In this document: one piece after another, positions 13,690-28,450 of the stretch
How the letters are laid out: each line of letters opens with the position of its first letter
How positions within the stretch are numbered: position 1 is the stretch's first letter
Source of the DNA: Eledone cirrhosa
Lineage: Eukaryota
DNA: 64,000 nucleotides
Assembly (NCBI GenBank): GCA_964016885.1
Contig: OZ024744.1
Location: 89,590,001 to 89,654,000 of the forward strand
Direction: 5' to 3'
Position numbers and translations under genes: made by a program
The notes under the pieces: model-generated
What the model saw: only the letters and a program-made list of their open reading frames with translations
The model's database searches: none
Told to the model about the DNA's origin: nothing

Positions 13690-14499
13690 CTAAGTTTGAC
13701 TCAACAAGACGTTTCCATAGCGATGCTGCGAGTACGCGGTGATTTCTTGGAGTAATAATAAATCAAGAAAATAGAGTGGCATGGTTTGCTTTACAATAAG
13801 GGCTTTATTCACATTGCTGACAATTGTTTCTCTGAACTGGTAGGTCTAGAGATCGCTACCCGCCTGTTTTTGCGTCAATCGATCACCAATACTTTGTTAT
13901 AACCAGTCTATTCATTAGAGCATGCGAGAATGAAGGAAATACACAGGCATGGCTTCTATATATAGTAGTGGCATTAAAGCAGAACAATAATAACAATACT
14001 CAAATAAATTAGCTAGACTGTAAAGAGTTAAAATAATCACAACATCAATCTAATTAAGAAATAGAGTATACTGATGACTTTAGCATGTAAAATGAGCTGA
14101 TACGAAGCCAATGTATGAAATTGACATGTAAAAGCTGTCATGGGGTATATTATATATAGTGTAGAGATAACCTGGGGCTTGAAACAATGAACCATTTACT
14201 TTACTGTAGGTTTGCTGACCGTAAGATTTATTTATTATCTGACAGATAAAATATTTTCATTGTAGTGAGGATGGTAATCTTTATGTGGTGTGAAGCGGAT
14301 TCATTATATAAGTGGTCTATATTAGATGAAGGGATTGTTAGTTCGAATCATGGGGTTGTTTAGCTTTCACAGCATCAATAACAAATCATGCATGGATAAG
14401 ACAACAATAACAACAATATAGGCGGTAAGGTAATACAGCGGTTAAGGAAGCAAGGTATATATAGGGAACATGATGAATACTATTACGGATACATTGGGG

Positions 14500-15371
14500 T
14501 GTTCATTATAACAACAGGAGGAAAGAACACTTCTTTGTGCCCCTCTGATATTCATTTGAGTGGTCTAAAATAGATCAATCAATCGTGTATGAAATATTTC
14601 TATCTTTAAACTCCCACACTTTATTAGCCAGTGCCGTAGATGTTCTTTTCTAAGGGTGTTTGAATGAAGTGACATGTGCATAATACCTGATTTTAAATTT
14701 GTCTTGTGTCATGCCCACATATCGCTCACTTCTGGCTGGTTGGTTATTTATAATGGGTGTCAGTTTGGCTTCATATACAATAAATTTTGTATTACATATG
14801 CACTGTAAGGGGCATTCTTCTGGTTTCCTGCAACTACATCCTGGGTTTCCTTTAATTTTATTTGATTTGGTGATTTTGGATTTCATTGATGGGCAGCAAG
14901 AGTAGCTAATTTTAACTAAATTTCTATTAAATATCTTATTATATCTATGATGTTGGGGAAATGTTTGTCTAGGAGTTCGAGGAATTTTCTTCTTACGTTA
15001 GTTTTAACTGTTAGAGAGAAAGGTGGGGTAAACCATATAATTTTTCTTTTTCTGTTATTGTGTTTAGTGGTAGAAGGAGGAGTGAGTATATATTTGGATT
15101 TATGATAGGGTTTGAAAGAAGCAGTAAGTAGGTCAAGATTGATATCGAGGAAGTTGGTATTAGTTAGGTTCGTATTTATAGTAATTTTTGGGTTTAGGTT
15201 AGAGAAGGTTTTAATTAAAACTTTACAGAATTTATCAAGATCATGGCCGTTGGTGGTATGAAAAACAGCCAAACCATCGTCTCGGTATAAGCCGATATTA
15301 TGACTAGGAAATTTTTCTTTAAGGAGGAATAATCCAACTAAATCGCACACATCGGCGCTATCGAAAGAGCC

Positions 15372-15374
<3 letters not shown>
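14500..15374 (-). mobile_element. Degenerate Penelope-like retroelement fragment, same group as 420-1770
   Basis: GSFDSADVCDLVG, LYRDDGL, NFLDI, IIWFTPPFS, GCSCRKPEECPL, IVYEA..RYVGMT (ORFs 14916..15431 and 14650..14886). 5' end abuts (TA)n. Confidence 0.9.
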
Positions 15375-15428
<54 letters not shown>

Positions 15429-15450
15429 CATATATATATATATATTTGGG

Positions 15451-16757
15451 CTTATTCATATGTAACTCATTTGCAACCACGCAGCACGTTTAGTTTTCAT
15501 ATTCACACATATATATTTTCCTCCGCTGTGACCCGTCTTCCTCATTCTTACTGCTTCCTCTTTCTCTGTATCTTTCACTTCCCTCTACCCTCTCTAACAG
15601 TCACTCTCTCTCTGTTAGCCTCTTCCTCACCCTTCACTCACTCACTCTCTGCTACTACCTCTCCTACTTCCTCCCGTTTGACCTGTGCAAAATTCTTTCC
15701 TCGCGCACACTTTGACCAGGCTGGTTGTTCCTTTTTTTTCTCTCTTGTCTACGATTTCACAAAACTTATGTTCACCGAATTCAGAGACTAGACTCCTTCT
15801 TCCTCCCGTTTGACCTGTGCGAAATTCTTTCCTTGCTCACATTTCGACTAGGTTTGATGTTCTTTATTCTCTCTCGTCCACGATTTCACAGAACTTATAT
15901 TCATAGAATTGTAGGACTTGACTCCTTCTTCCTCACTTTTCGTTGCATTACCATCTTTGATTGTTTACATTCTCGCTCGTTCCCCTTATTTACGTGTTCC
16001 AACAACTTTCTTTAGCCGTTGCTCGCACCAACCGGAGGTATATGGTCCTTAAATCGATGAAATACCAATGAAGGTTGGAAAATCACTGATGAAGATCTAA
16101 ATTTATTCATATGTAACCCATGTGCAACCACGCAACACGTCTTGTTTTCATATTCACACATATATATTTTCCTCCGCTGTGACCCGTCTTTTTCATTCTT
16201 ACTGCTTCCTCTTTCTCTGTATCTTTCACCTCCCTCTACCCTCTCTAACAGTCACTCTCTCTGTTAGCCTCTTCCTCACCCTTCACTCACTCACTCTCTG
16301 CTACTCCCTCTCCTACTTCCTCCCGTTTGACCTACGCCAAATTCTTTGCTCGCGCACACTTTGACCAAGTTGGTTGTTCCTTTTTTTCTCTCTTGTCTAC
16401 GATTTCACAGAACTTATGTTCACCGAATTCAGGGACCAGACTCCTTCTTCCTCCCGTTTGACCTGTGCGAAATTCTTTCCTTGCTCACATTTCGACTAGG
16501 TTTGATGGTCTTTATTCTCTCTCGTCCACGATTTCACAGAACTTATATTCATAGAATTCTGGGACTTGACTCCTTCTTCCTCACTTTTCGTTGCATTACC
16601 ATCTTAGATTATTTACAGTCTCGCAGGATCCCCTTATTTACGTGTCCCAACGACTTTCTTTAGCCGTTGCTCGCACCAACCGGAGGTATATGGTCTTTAA
16701 AGCGATGAAATACCAATGAAGGTTGGAAGATCACTGATGAAGGAATAACTTTATTCA
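15451..16757. repeat. Tandem dimer of an approximately 650-bp pyrimidine-rich unit flanked by (TA)n
   Basis: 15451-16101 is repeated at 16102-16757. Each unit ends in CACTGATGAAG. Confidence 0.85.
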
Positions 16758-16832
16758 TATATATATATATATATATAAATCAGGAAAGAAGAGTGACACG
16801 GTTTGCTATACAAAAAAGGTTTTTAATCTCAT

Positions 16833-16940
16833 TGCTGACAATTGTTTCTCTGAACTGGTAGGTCTAGAGATGGCTACCCGCTTATTTTCACGTTATTCGA
16901 TCACCAATACAAAGTTATAACCAGTCAATTCATCGGAGCT
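16833..16940 (-). ncRNA. Long-stem-II hammerhead-like family (other copies 8127-8231 plus, 13816-13923 minus), cores partly decayed
   Basis: GCT-CCGATGA-..ACTGGT..(about 70 nt)..ACCAGT..-GAAAC-AATT-GTC-AGC. Palindromic ACAATTGT stem III. Confidence 0.6.
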
Positions 16941-17464
16941 TGTGAGAATGAAAAGAATATACAGGCATGGCTACTATATATAGTAGTAATGGCATTCAAT
17001 CAGAACAATAACAACAATACTAACAATGCTAGCAATAAATTATTTGAAATAATCACAACATCAATCTAGGTGGGAAGTATAGTATATCTACGATTTTAGC
17101 GTGTAAAACTAGCTGACATGAGGCAGATGTATAAAATTGACATGCAAAAGCTGTCATGGGGTGTATTATATCTAGCTTAAAGATAAGCCGGTATATATAT
17201 ATATATTATTTAGGTTTTTTGGTTAACCACTGGATAGAGTTGGTCATTCCGTATGGTCAATCTCGATGCAATATTATGGAGAGTACTCAACGTAATGCAG
17301 CTCACCCGTCTTTATTTGTGTCGTTGGTGGTGCGAATACGGTGTTAATTATTATAATAAAATAACAGGAGGCTGGACTTGTGTAAATCCTTGAAAGGTTT
17401 ATTATACTATGATCATTTCAATGACCGGGTTCCGTATGAATCTGGTGATATCATCAGGTATTCG

Positions 17465-17507
<43 letters not shown>

Positions 17508-17508
<1 letters not shown>

Positions 17509-18394
17509 GAGGTTTGTCAGAAAAGTTCCAGGACTGATGTTACAAAATATTTATTTCAAACCCAAATTTCACACTAAGAGTTTTCTCCTTCAAAGTAATC
17601 CCCCTGGAGTATGTAAATGTAATCTTAGCTCTCTGCAGCGATCAAACTTTTTTCTTCATAATTTTATATACATGTCCTCTGTTTCAGGTCGTCAAGCAAT
17701 GAGCACAGAGCAACGAACAAACTTGAAGTTTCTGGGGCGGTTGGGGAAAACTCCGTCAGAAGCACTGGGATTGCTGCAGCAAGAGTATGGAGATGAGACG
17801 ATGTCTCGCTCACGTGTTTTTGAGTGCTGCAAGATGACCCCAGGAGCGGAAGGCCCTCAACAACCAGGACTGAGGTCAAGGTTGAGCGCATCAGGCAGAT
17901 GGTGCGTAGCGATCGTCGGCTGACTGTCGACTGATGGCAAATGAGCTGGGCATGAATCGGGACACCGTCTGGAAGATTCTCACTGAAGATTTGGACATGC
18001 GGAAAGTCTGCGCGAAGATGGTGCCAAAACTGCTGAACGATGACCAGAAGGGTCGACGCAAGCAAGTGTGCCAGGACATCCTTGAGCGTCTTGAAACCGA
18101 ACCAGACTTGCTAGTGACAGTCATCACCGGTTTTCTCAAACATGGATCTTCGAGTACGACCCGGATGGGACCCGTTTTGAAGACGTGGACGACATCAAAA
18201 AGGCCGTGACGACGGAACTGCGGAGGATCCCGGAAGAATCCTTCCAGGAGTGCATGCAAGCGTGGCATAAAAGGATGGAAAATGGCATTAGACTTCAGGG
18301 GGATTACTTTCAACGAGAAAACTCTTAATGTGAAGTTTGGGTTTGAAATAAATCTTTTGTGACATCAGTCCTGGAACTTTTCTGACACACCTCG
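17508..18394 (+). mobile_element. Internally deleted mariner (Tc1/mariner) DNA transposon
   Basis: TA-flanked imperfect TIRs of about 80 bp (CGAGGTTTGTCAGAAAAGTTCCAGGACTGATG... / ...CATCAGTCCTGGAACTTTTCTGACACACCTCG). Transposase remnants MSTEQRTNLKFL..LGKTPSE and RKVCAKMVPKLL..VITG. Frameshifted, with the catalytic region deleted. Confidence 0.92.
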
Positions 18395-18544
18395 TATATA
18401 TATATATATATATGTTATATATGTATATATATATATTGGATCATATTGCTGACGACCCATTAGCTGGACTTTCTGTTGGATCTATATAAGGTACTCTTTG
18501 TTTTCTCAAACATTTTTCGTATTGTGTTGTTTTACGTAGTAACA

Positions 18545-19140
18545 ATTTCAAGCAAATTGCTCAAGTTACGGAGTTTGTATATCTCGGTCACAAACTTTCA
18601 TCAATCAACAATGGAATGGTTGCTGCGCAGTATCGCATCGTTCTAGGTTGGCAGCTTTCAACAAGAACAAGGAACTACTAACATCAAAACGAGTTCCCTA
18701 TCATTTGAAGGCTAAAACTTTTGATACTTACATCTTACCAGTTGTGTTATATGGTCTTGACTGTGTTAATTGGACGACAATGTCACTTCAGAAGCTCTCT
18801 ATATTCCAGAACCACATCATGAGACTTATAATTGGCAAGCGGCTCAGCGACCGTAACTGTGTCAGTGAGCTGCTTAACATCACCAAACTTAGACCAATTA
18901 CATCAATTGTCAAGTCAAGAGTACTCAAATTACACGGCCATATAAAAAGATCAACCCGTGATATAAGTAGGTTATGCCTGGAAAGAATGTTGGCTGGTAA
19001 GTGAAACAAAGGCCGGCAGCCAAAACGATGGCTTGACAATGTCAACCTATGGACTGGACTTGATCTTTGCTCTTTGAACTCTGCTGTTGGTGATTGAACT
19101 TTGTGGAAAGTGATATCTCATGTTTATGCAGTCTGCAACT
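18545..19140 (+). mobile_element. 3' fragment of an RTE-like non-LTR retrotransposon
   Basis: EFVYLG.., KAKTFDTYILPVVLYG..W, ..LKLHGHIKR..GK..GRQPKRWLD C-terminal motifs. Confidence 0.75.
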
Positions 19141-19759
19141 GGCGGAGATTAGCGTCACAAAAAGAATTTCAAGCCTCTTTTTTCACAGCTCTTGCTTTTC
19201 CACAATTTCTCCAGATCTATCTTTCATTTTCTGGTTATGAAAGGAAGCGCATTGGAAATGCGATCATTTAGTATCGATCAAATGGTTCTCGCAGAAGGTC
19301 CATTCTAGTGTACACAACGGTAAAACTGTAATGCCAATTATGTGTATGGACTTAAGGTTTTTCAGTGTATTTGGGATTGTCTGAATTTTGACATGGTTTT
19401 AAGGACAGCAGTTTTAAAGGTTTGCGATAAGAAAAGGGGGTTCTGTTTAGAATTGTTCGTAATTGTCAATATAAGTGTTAGGGTGCTTCATTTTTTTCCG
19501 TTATGGAGGCTTGTATACCCTGTTATTAAATTAAATTCTGTAGTCAAATTTCGGTGAAAGCTTCTAATTCAATTTTCAAATTTCAAATCACCACCGTATT
19601 CTAAAACACATGTGCTCATTTACAGATACTGACACACACACACATGCACACACATACCCATATATATATATATATATATATGAATAAAATCTATAATATA
19701 TATATATATATATGTATTATAGATTTTATTCATATATATGAAATACACACTCACACACA

Positions 19760-19870
<111 letters not shown>

Positions 19871-20247
19871 AACACACACACACACACACACATGTGTGTA
19901 TATATCTATATATAGATATAGATAAATATTTGTTTGTGTGTGTGTGGAAAATAATGGTAATGAAGATCCGAAGATGTACCTAATGTTTTTTATATAAATG
20001 CAAATTTACAGTACACAGAGATTATACAAAATTGATGATAGTTTTATTTATATATAGGTGAGTTTTAGGAGAATTCAATTAAAAAAAGTTCAAATTGGGG
20101 GTGCCACTCCTTATTTTTCATGGTCTCTTAAGCTAACAATGCCTATAATTCAGGTGTCTACAAGCGCATTCACACACTCATATATATATATATATATAAA
20201 GCCCTTACTCTCAATCACTCGCAAAAACACACCTTTATAACCATATA

Positions 20248-20286
<39 letters not shown>

Positions 20287-20322
20287 GCACACACACATAT
20301 ACATATTTATATATATATATAT

Positions 20323-20384
<62 letters not shown>

Positions 20385-20395
20385 ATATATATATA

Positions 20396-21635
20396 TAACT
20401 TTATGTATATGTGAACCTTTATATTTAATAATCTCCCGTTAGGTTGAGATGCAATTTGGCGATATTTGGCTGCGCTTTCTAGCAACAAGCCTACCCGCCG
20501 TAAGCAACCAATCACATTCTTTCCAACTTGACCACGGCCATATTGTGATTCTAAGCCATTTTCGAATCTAATTTTGGCGCGATCGCTTTGGAATACTAAG
20601 TGTCTATTTTTGAGTTTGTCTCCTGATGAATCCGAACTCTGTGGATTTCCTATTAATTAGATATCTAAAAATACGGATGAAACCATGGTAGAGATATAGT
20701 TACGGTATGTACACATTTCTTCTAAGTTTGAATTTACACCAAATTGTGTATGGTTGATTGTATATTTGGTCAGTTTCTACATGCTGTCGAAATGTTGGAT
20801 AAATACTCTATTGAGGCCACCGCGAAGAGGCCACTTTCGTTTGTTTGTCGGAGATTTCTTCATAGGAGCCTTTATCCTTATAGCTTGGTCTAATTGATTT
20901 TTTATATGGTTAATTATGCTGATTGGCAGAGGAAATGATATATATTTTATTAATCTAATAATTCTATAGACATGATTTATGATATATTGCTCTGATTATT
21001 TAATTTATTAATTCTTCATAGAGCCACAAAGTGACCGGTTGTAACATATATAACTTTATGTATATGTGAATCTTTATATTTAATAATCTCCCGTTAGGTT
21101 GAGATGCAATTTGGCGATATTTGGCTGTGCTTTCTAGCAACAAGCCTACCCGCCGTAAGCAACCAATCACATTATTTCCAACTTGACCACGGCCATATTG
21201 TGATTCTAAGCCATTTTCGAATTTAATTTTGGCGCGATCGCTTTGGAATACTAAGTGTCTATTTTTGAGTTTGTCTCCTGATGAATCCGAACTCTGTGGA
21301 TTTCCTATTAATTGGATATCTAAAAATACGGATGAAACCATGGTAGAGATATAGTTACGGTATGTACACATTTCTTCTAAGTTTGAATTTACACCAAATT
21401 GTGTATGGTTGATTGTATATTTGGTCAGTTTCTACATGCTGTCGAAATGTTGGATAAATACTCTATTGAGGCCACCGCGAAGAGGCCACTTTCGTTTGTT
21501 TGTCGGAGATTTCTTCATGGGAGCCTTTATCCTTATAGCTTGGTCTAATTGATTTTTTTATATGGTTAATTATGCTGATTGGCAGAGGAAATGATATATA
21601 TTTTATTTATCTAATAATTCTATAGACATGATTTA

Positions 21636-21640
<5 letters not shown>
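20396..21640 (+). repeat. Tandem dimer of a 655-bp non-coding unit, each copy with a hammerhead, flanked by (TA)n
   Basis: Cores CTGATGA at 20623 and 21278, offset 655. Units are near-identical. Confidence 0.9.
20618..20695 (+). ncRNA. Type I hammerhead ribozyme with extended stem II (second copy 21273-21350)
   Basis: GTCTC-CTGATGA-ATCCG...CGGAT-GAAAC-CATG-GTA-GAGAT. Palindromic ACCATGGT stem III. Confidence 0.88.
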
Positions 21641-21689
<49 letters not shown>

Positions 21690-22108
21690 AGAATAATATC
21701 ACCACAGGTACTAAGTACTCACAGAAATATATAGGGTATCTATAATACATTTGTTGTTCAATGGTACTAATATGAGATACCAGAACTATAAAATTGAGAT
21801 GAGCTGAAAAAGCAAACATTAAACAATCTTTTAAATAAATTATAATACGATTTAAATATTCACCTGTCCAAAATGCTATTAACAACGGTTTCGCTTCACA
21901 AAAGATTGGAAATCCAGAGAATTTCCAAAGGAAAGATCAGCTCTTCAGATAGCTATTTCCAGTCTATAGGACGTAAAGTCTCACAGTTTGTAAATATATT
22001 GCCTACTGCCAGATAGTATGAGGTCAGGCCGTTAAAGTGACCCACACATCTGGCAGTAGGCAATATATTTACAATCTGTGAGACTTTACGTCCTATAAAA
22101 TGGAAATA

Positions 22109-22187
22109 GCTATCTGAAGAGCTGATCTTTCCGTTGGAAATTCTCTGGATTTCCAATCTTTTGTGAAGCGAAACCGTCGGTAATAGC
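22109..22187 (+). ncRNA. Type I hammerhead ribozyme, long stem II (diverged mirror copy about 21875-21955 on minus)
   Basis: GCTAT-CTGAAGA-GCT...AGC-GAAAC-CGTCG-GTA-ATAGC inside inverted repeat 21845-22217. Confidence 0.85.
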
Positions 22188-22703
22188 ATTTTGGAGAGGT
22201 GAATATTTAAATCGTATTTTCAAAAAACATATGTACTCCTGTCGTAATTTTCAGGGAAATTCATTATGACACAGCAGGACACAGCATATAACAAAGCCAT
22301 CCCTTTGAATTAGAAGTATAGTCCATCTGACGGGCATCCAAACAGTTTCAGTTTACCCAGTTTCACTTACAAAGCATGGATCAACCTTTGGCTTATGTAA
22401 CTGAAACATGTCCAAGGGGCTGCGAAGTGGGATCAAACCTGTGACATAATGATTGCAAAGTGAACTTCTTGACTATTCGACCATGCGGCATCCTCACGAA
22501 ACCACATATATATCATGATGAAGATTGTGACTGATAAAATGTTAAAAGTATACGAAATACTCCTGATTGAAAGACCTTTAATGATAGATCTTCTCCGTTA
22601 TAGTCCAATAAGAAAGGAAACAAAGTAACTGAGTTCAGGATTGTAATATTGAATTTATTTGTCAAAAGGAACTTGTCAATTATGCGAAGAAATTACGATA
22701 TTT

Positions 22704-22717
22704 TTTATTTATTTATT
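22704..22717 (-). terminator. Candidate AATAAA polyadenylation signals of the MMP gene
   Basis: Overlapping AATAAA hexamers on the minus strand about 70-85 nt after the stop codon. AT-rich context makes this weak. Confidence 0.4.
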
Positions 22718-22788
22718 CATTTATTTAAATATATATATATAAGGCAATCACTTCTTATTTTTCTGCAAAATTGCGTTTAACCTTCACA

Positions 22789-22846
22789 TCACTTCTTACA
22801 TCGTTTTAGAGTGAACTTCTTGGTGACGATATTCAGTTTAACTACC
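22789..22846 (-). CDS. MMP last coding exon: (M)VVKLNIVTKKFTLKRCKK-stop
   Basis: ttttcag acceptor, phase 2 matches. A near-terminal Cys would close the hemopexin disulfide. TGA at 22789-22791. Confidence 0.75.
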
Positions 22847-22968
22847 CTGAAAATATACATAAAACATGCAAATTAACGAAAGTTTGTATATTACATACAC
22901 ATACACACATGCACACACATACATACACACACGCACACAAACACACACATACAAACAAACACGCACAG

Positions 22969-23030
<62 letters not shown>

Positions 23031-23233
23031 GACGTAAAATAAGAAAATTTAAAAAATTAAAAATTAACTTACTTACTAAAGTAAGTTAATTTAAAATTTT
23101 TAAAATTTTCTTATTTTACGTCTTTCATATAATTGTTCTGCATCCCCCTGCATTGAACCACCTAGGTACTTTGACATAACTTATATATTTACTAGTATTA
23201 GTGTACATCTGTACGCATATGTTGGTAGATGTA

Positions 23234-23284
<51 letters not shown>

Positions 23285-23328
23285 TGAAAAAGAACAAAGG
23301 AACTATTATGACATTATAACAAGTTTAT

Positions 23329-23375
23329 TGCCGACAGCCGTTTCGTCCGACCACATGGTGGGACTTTTCAAGGCA
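23329..23375 (-). ncRNA. Type I hammerhead ribozyme, U3:A8 core variant
   Basis: Minus: TGCC-TTGAAAA-GTCC..GGAC-GAAAC-GGCT-GTC-GGCA. Confidence 0.75.
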
Positions 23376-23489
23376 TATAACATGTGATTGTAAGATCATT
23401 ATTTACATCAACGTATCACTAGCTACCGTCACATTTTGGTAGGTCAGACGTGATCATCGCGATTCACATACGACCTATCATACATCTTA

Positions 23490-23537
<48 letters not shown>

Positions 23538-23666
23538 CAAAGAGATATTTAATTTGTTGGTAATTCAACAAATTTATTTATAACAGATTCGTGGACTCTA
23601 CAGATTTCCTGGAGTATAATATCAATAATATTAATAAATGGCAACTATATTTATAAAACTATATTT

Positions 23667-23726
23667 ATTCTATTATATATATTTCAAGGGTACCAAAAAC
23701 TTTGGTACGCTCTCATCAGATAAAAT
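23667..23726 (-). ncRNA. Type I hammerhead ribozyme, TATA-stem III family, intronic and sense to MMP
   Basis: Minus: ATTTTAT-CTGATGA-..GTACCAAA..TTTGGTAC..-GAAA-TATATA-TA-ATAGAAT. Confidence 0.78.
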
Positions 23727-23855
23727 ACAAAGTTTGTTTTATAAATAGTGACATACCCCAGAAACCAAACCTTATCGGTTCGGGTTCAGTTTGGATACTG
23801 AAAAGAGGGAGAAAGAGAGAGATAGAGAGAGAGAGTGAGAGAGAGAGAGAGAAGG

Positions 23856-23905
<50 letters not shown>

Positions 23906-24159
23906 AGGGGAGGTTAAATAAAGTTTTGGTCAAAGTTAGAGAGTGGGTTATATGTAAGCCATTTACTGTATGTGTGAGAGAGAAATAATTGTTTCTACTT
24001 TTGGCACAAGCCCACCAATTATCCCAGCGCATTACTGGTACTTTATTTTATCGACTCCGTAAGGATGAAAGGCAAAGTTAACCTCGGCGAGATTTGAACT
24101 CAGAATGGCGACAGCATGAGAAAAGTGCGAGTTATTGTGTGATCGATAGTGAATCAGTT

Positions 24160-24199
<40 letters not shown>

Positions 24200-24283
24200 T
24201 ATGTATGTGTGTATGTGTGCGTATTTGTGCGTGTGCAGAACAATGGTGTGGATATTTTTCTTGACAATAACAAATATACTTAC

Positions 24284-24426
24284 ATTTTATTCCTTAAGAA
24301 AACAATGGTTGTACCATTAGCAGAATAAGCTGATGAAAAATATTTCCAAATTCTTGGAAACTCGACGGTGATATGAGCTTGGAATGTAATTTTCCCATCG
24401 TAATTCATATGATAGACTTTCTTTTT
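24284..24426 (-). CDS. MMP hemopexin exon: KKKVYHMNYDGKITFQAHITVEFPRIWKYFSSAYSANGTTIVFLRNK
   Basis: Poly-T-cag acceptor, gtaagt donor, phase 0 to 2. Blade-like I..EFP.I....SA pattern. Confidence 0.8.
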
Positions 24427-25263
24427 CTGAAAAAAAAATCAGCATCAAATCATAAGCCATTCATTTAATTAATGAAAACTCTAAAGCAGTCATTAGCAAC
24501 CTGCGGTCCACGAAGCATTCTGAATGGCTCGCCTAAGTCACCTAAGTGAAATCTTTCTGATTTTTTTACCCCCAACTTTTCAGTCGTAATTTATCTTTCT
24601 ATCATTTTTACGATCAAGGAAAGCAACGTGTACGAATTCTGAAGAAACAAATCAAAACAACCTGAGTTACCGCCTTCTTTTTTTTTTAATGTTGGCACGA
24701 ATGTAAATTAGAGCTTGCGGCCCGCCTGATGATGAGCCGTATCTCATGTGGCCCGCTTCTCGAAAAAGGTTGTCCATGCCAACTCTAAAGTAACAAGTAT
24801 AACATTTGGCAAAATGAAACAGGGAAATGAATATCAAATCTAAAGCCTGTCTTAAGCCAGAAGGTTCGTTAGGCCGGTGCTCATCCCGGGTTTATGACGT
24901 GAAGCGACTAAGAGTACAATACTTCCCCCTGGACAGGACGCTAGGCCATCGCAGGGTTAAACTCCAGCTATTGCTGGTATTCATTTACAGCTCAGTATAT
25001 TTGAGCAACGTGAAATGAAGTGTTTTGCTCAAGAACACAACATGCCCCAGGAATCGAACCCACGACATTATGATTGTAAGTTCAACACCCTTACCACTAG
25101 GCCACGCGCCTCTGCATATGAATATAGATAGATAAATTATTTTATTCTTTTATTCTTTTACTTTAGTTCATCACACCGATCAGGTACTTACTTTATCGAT
25201 CTATTTCTTGTCGAACCAATAATTTACGCGATATTGACACAGATACAAACATAAACACTGACT

Positions 25264-25303
<40 letters not shown>

Positions 25304-25396
25304 CACACACACACACACACATACATACATACATACATACATACATACATACATACATACATACATACATACATACATACATACATACATACACAC

Positions 25397-25456
<60 letters not shown>

Positions 25457-25463
25457 ATGTATG

Positions 25464-25512
<49 letters not shown>

Positions 25513-26239
25513 CGAAGGAAATGTGGTAAGGAACCAGATGGACCATAACGCACCAAAGTACCCAATACTTAGGGTAGTAGAGTGGGTAATAGGAACGAGT
25601 AGGACCCCGACGGCTGAGCTCAAGCCGTTTCGACGGCTAATTATGGACGGATATATATATATATATACTAATAATAATCACGAAGTCCAATTATATATAT
25701 ATAATAAAAAAAAGTATATATAAACCCGTAGAGCAAATATTTATTATTAGTAGAGATTAAAATTTATTCACCGAATAGGGTGAAAGCGGCGATTCTTTGC
25801 TTAAACTTTAATCTGAACTAATATTATATATATAATATATATTGTTATGCTTTGGGATGGTCATGTTGCCAATAAGAAACACACGCACCAGTTGCTTTCA
25901 CTTCAATTTATTAAAAATTAAATTCATAAATTTAGGAATTTATAAATTTCCGGGTGGTTGGTTGGTTCCACAAAAACAAAGAAAAGAATCCCCAGTCACT
26001 GAATAGGTCACAGAATATGTGACGAAAGAACTTTGACAATATATGAACAATCGTCTGGTTGTGGAACCAACCAACCAACCGGAAATTTATAAATTCCTAA
26101 ATTTATAATAAATTGAAGTGAAAGCAACTGGTGCGTGCGTTTCTTATTGGCAACATGACCCCCGCCCCCCAAAGCATAACAATATCGGTTTCAACACGTT
26201 TTCAGATAAAGAATCTTGCTAAACAAATTCAGAAACGAA

Positions 26240-26272
<33 letters not shown>

Positions 26273-26372
26273 ATATATATACATATATTATATATATATA
26301 TTATATATATATATTATATATATATATTATATATATATATTATATATATATATTATATATATATATTATATA

Positions 26373-26473
<101 letters not shown>

Positions 26474-26484
26474 TATATATATAC

Positions 26485-26574
<90 letters not shown>

Positions 26575-26762
26575 AATGAGTAGGACCCCGACGGCTGAGC
26601 TCAAGCCGTTTCGACGGCTAATTCTGTCCAGAATTAGTCGTCGAAACGGCTTAAGCTCAGCCGTCAGGGTCCTACTCGTTCCTATTACCCACTCTACTAC
26701 CCTAAGTATTGAGTACTTTGGTGCGTTATGGTCCACCTGGTTCCTTACCACATTTCCTTCGT

Positions 26763-26795
<33 letters not shown>

Positions 26796-26823
26796 TATAT
26801 ATATTATATATATATATATATAC

Positions 26824-27490
<667 letters not shown>

Positions 27491-27525
27491 CCCTATAACC
27501 TACGTTTTGTGTAGAAACTTACACT

Positions 27526-27644
<119 letters not shown>

Positions 27645-27762
27645 ATTGACAATGCATATAATGCTTAAACCGGTATTGTAAATAAATTAATGTTTTGATA
27701 TTTCACTGAAAAAATCTCTTCAACATTTTCTACTGAAAAATCCTTTTTCCTTTCTACTATTT

Positions 27763-27816
<54 letters not shown>

Positions 27817-28100
27817 ACTCGTATGTTACTTTTCTACATTCGATATATATATATATATCGAAACGGCTTGAGCTCTGCCGTCAGGGTCTTGAACAAAGTA
27901 TCGAGTACTCTGGTACGTTATGGTCCACCTGGTTCCTTACCACACTTCCTTCGTTATATATATATAATAGTAGAACACTGGAGGGTTATATCCGTAGTAG
28001 TAGAACACTCAGTCCATGGGACGCGTTTAGTAGAAGTAGTTCTACAACACTTAGTTCACCATACCGAGAACAAATGTTTCACCTTATGTAGATCCTCAGA

Positions 28101-28141
28101 CCAAGCTGAGGAACCGCACAAGGTGAAACATTTGTTCTCGG
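28101..28141 (+). ncRNA. Type I hammerhead motif of the pLTR family belonging to the 420-1770 element
   Basis: CCAAG-CTGAGGA-ACC..GGT-GAAAC-ATTT-GTT-CTCGG followed by TATGGTGAACTAACTGTTG, identical to 1738-1756. Confidence 0.7.
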
Positions 28142-28169
28142 TATGGTGAACTAACTGTTGTGGAAATAC

Positions 28170-28297
<128 letters not shown>

Positions 28298-28337
28298 AAA
28301 GAACAATTTATCATTTTTATTTAAGCAGAGAACTTAC

Positions 28338-28450
28338 TGAAAAAGCAATGACGTGATTTTTTAGGGCTACAGCTGAACGGATATATTCTGGAAACCTTTT
28401 CCTAAAGGATCTATCACGAATTCCATTTTGGAGACGGATGCATCGTTTAC
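28338..28450 (-). CDS. MMP hemopexin exon: KRCIRLQNGIRDRSFRKRFPEYIRSAVALKNHVIAFS
   Basis: ccacag acceptor, gtaagt donor, open frame, phase 1 to 0 matching its neighbours. Confidence 0.8.
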
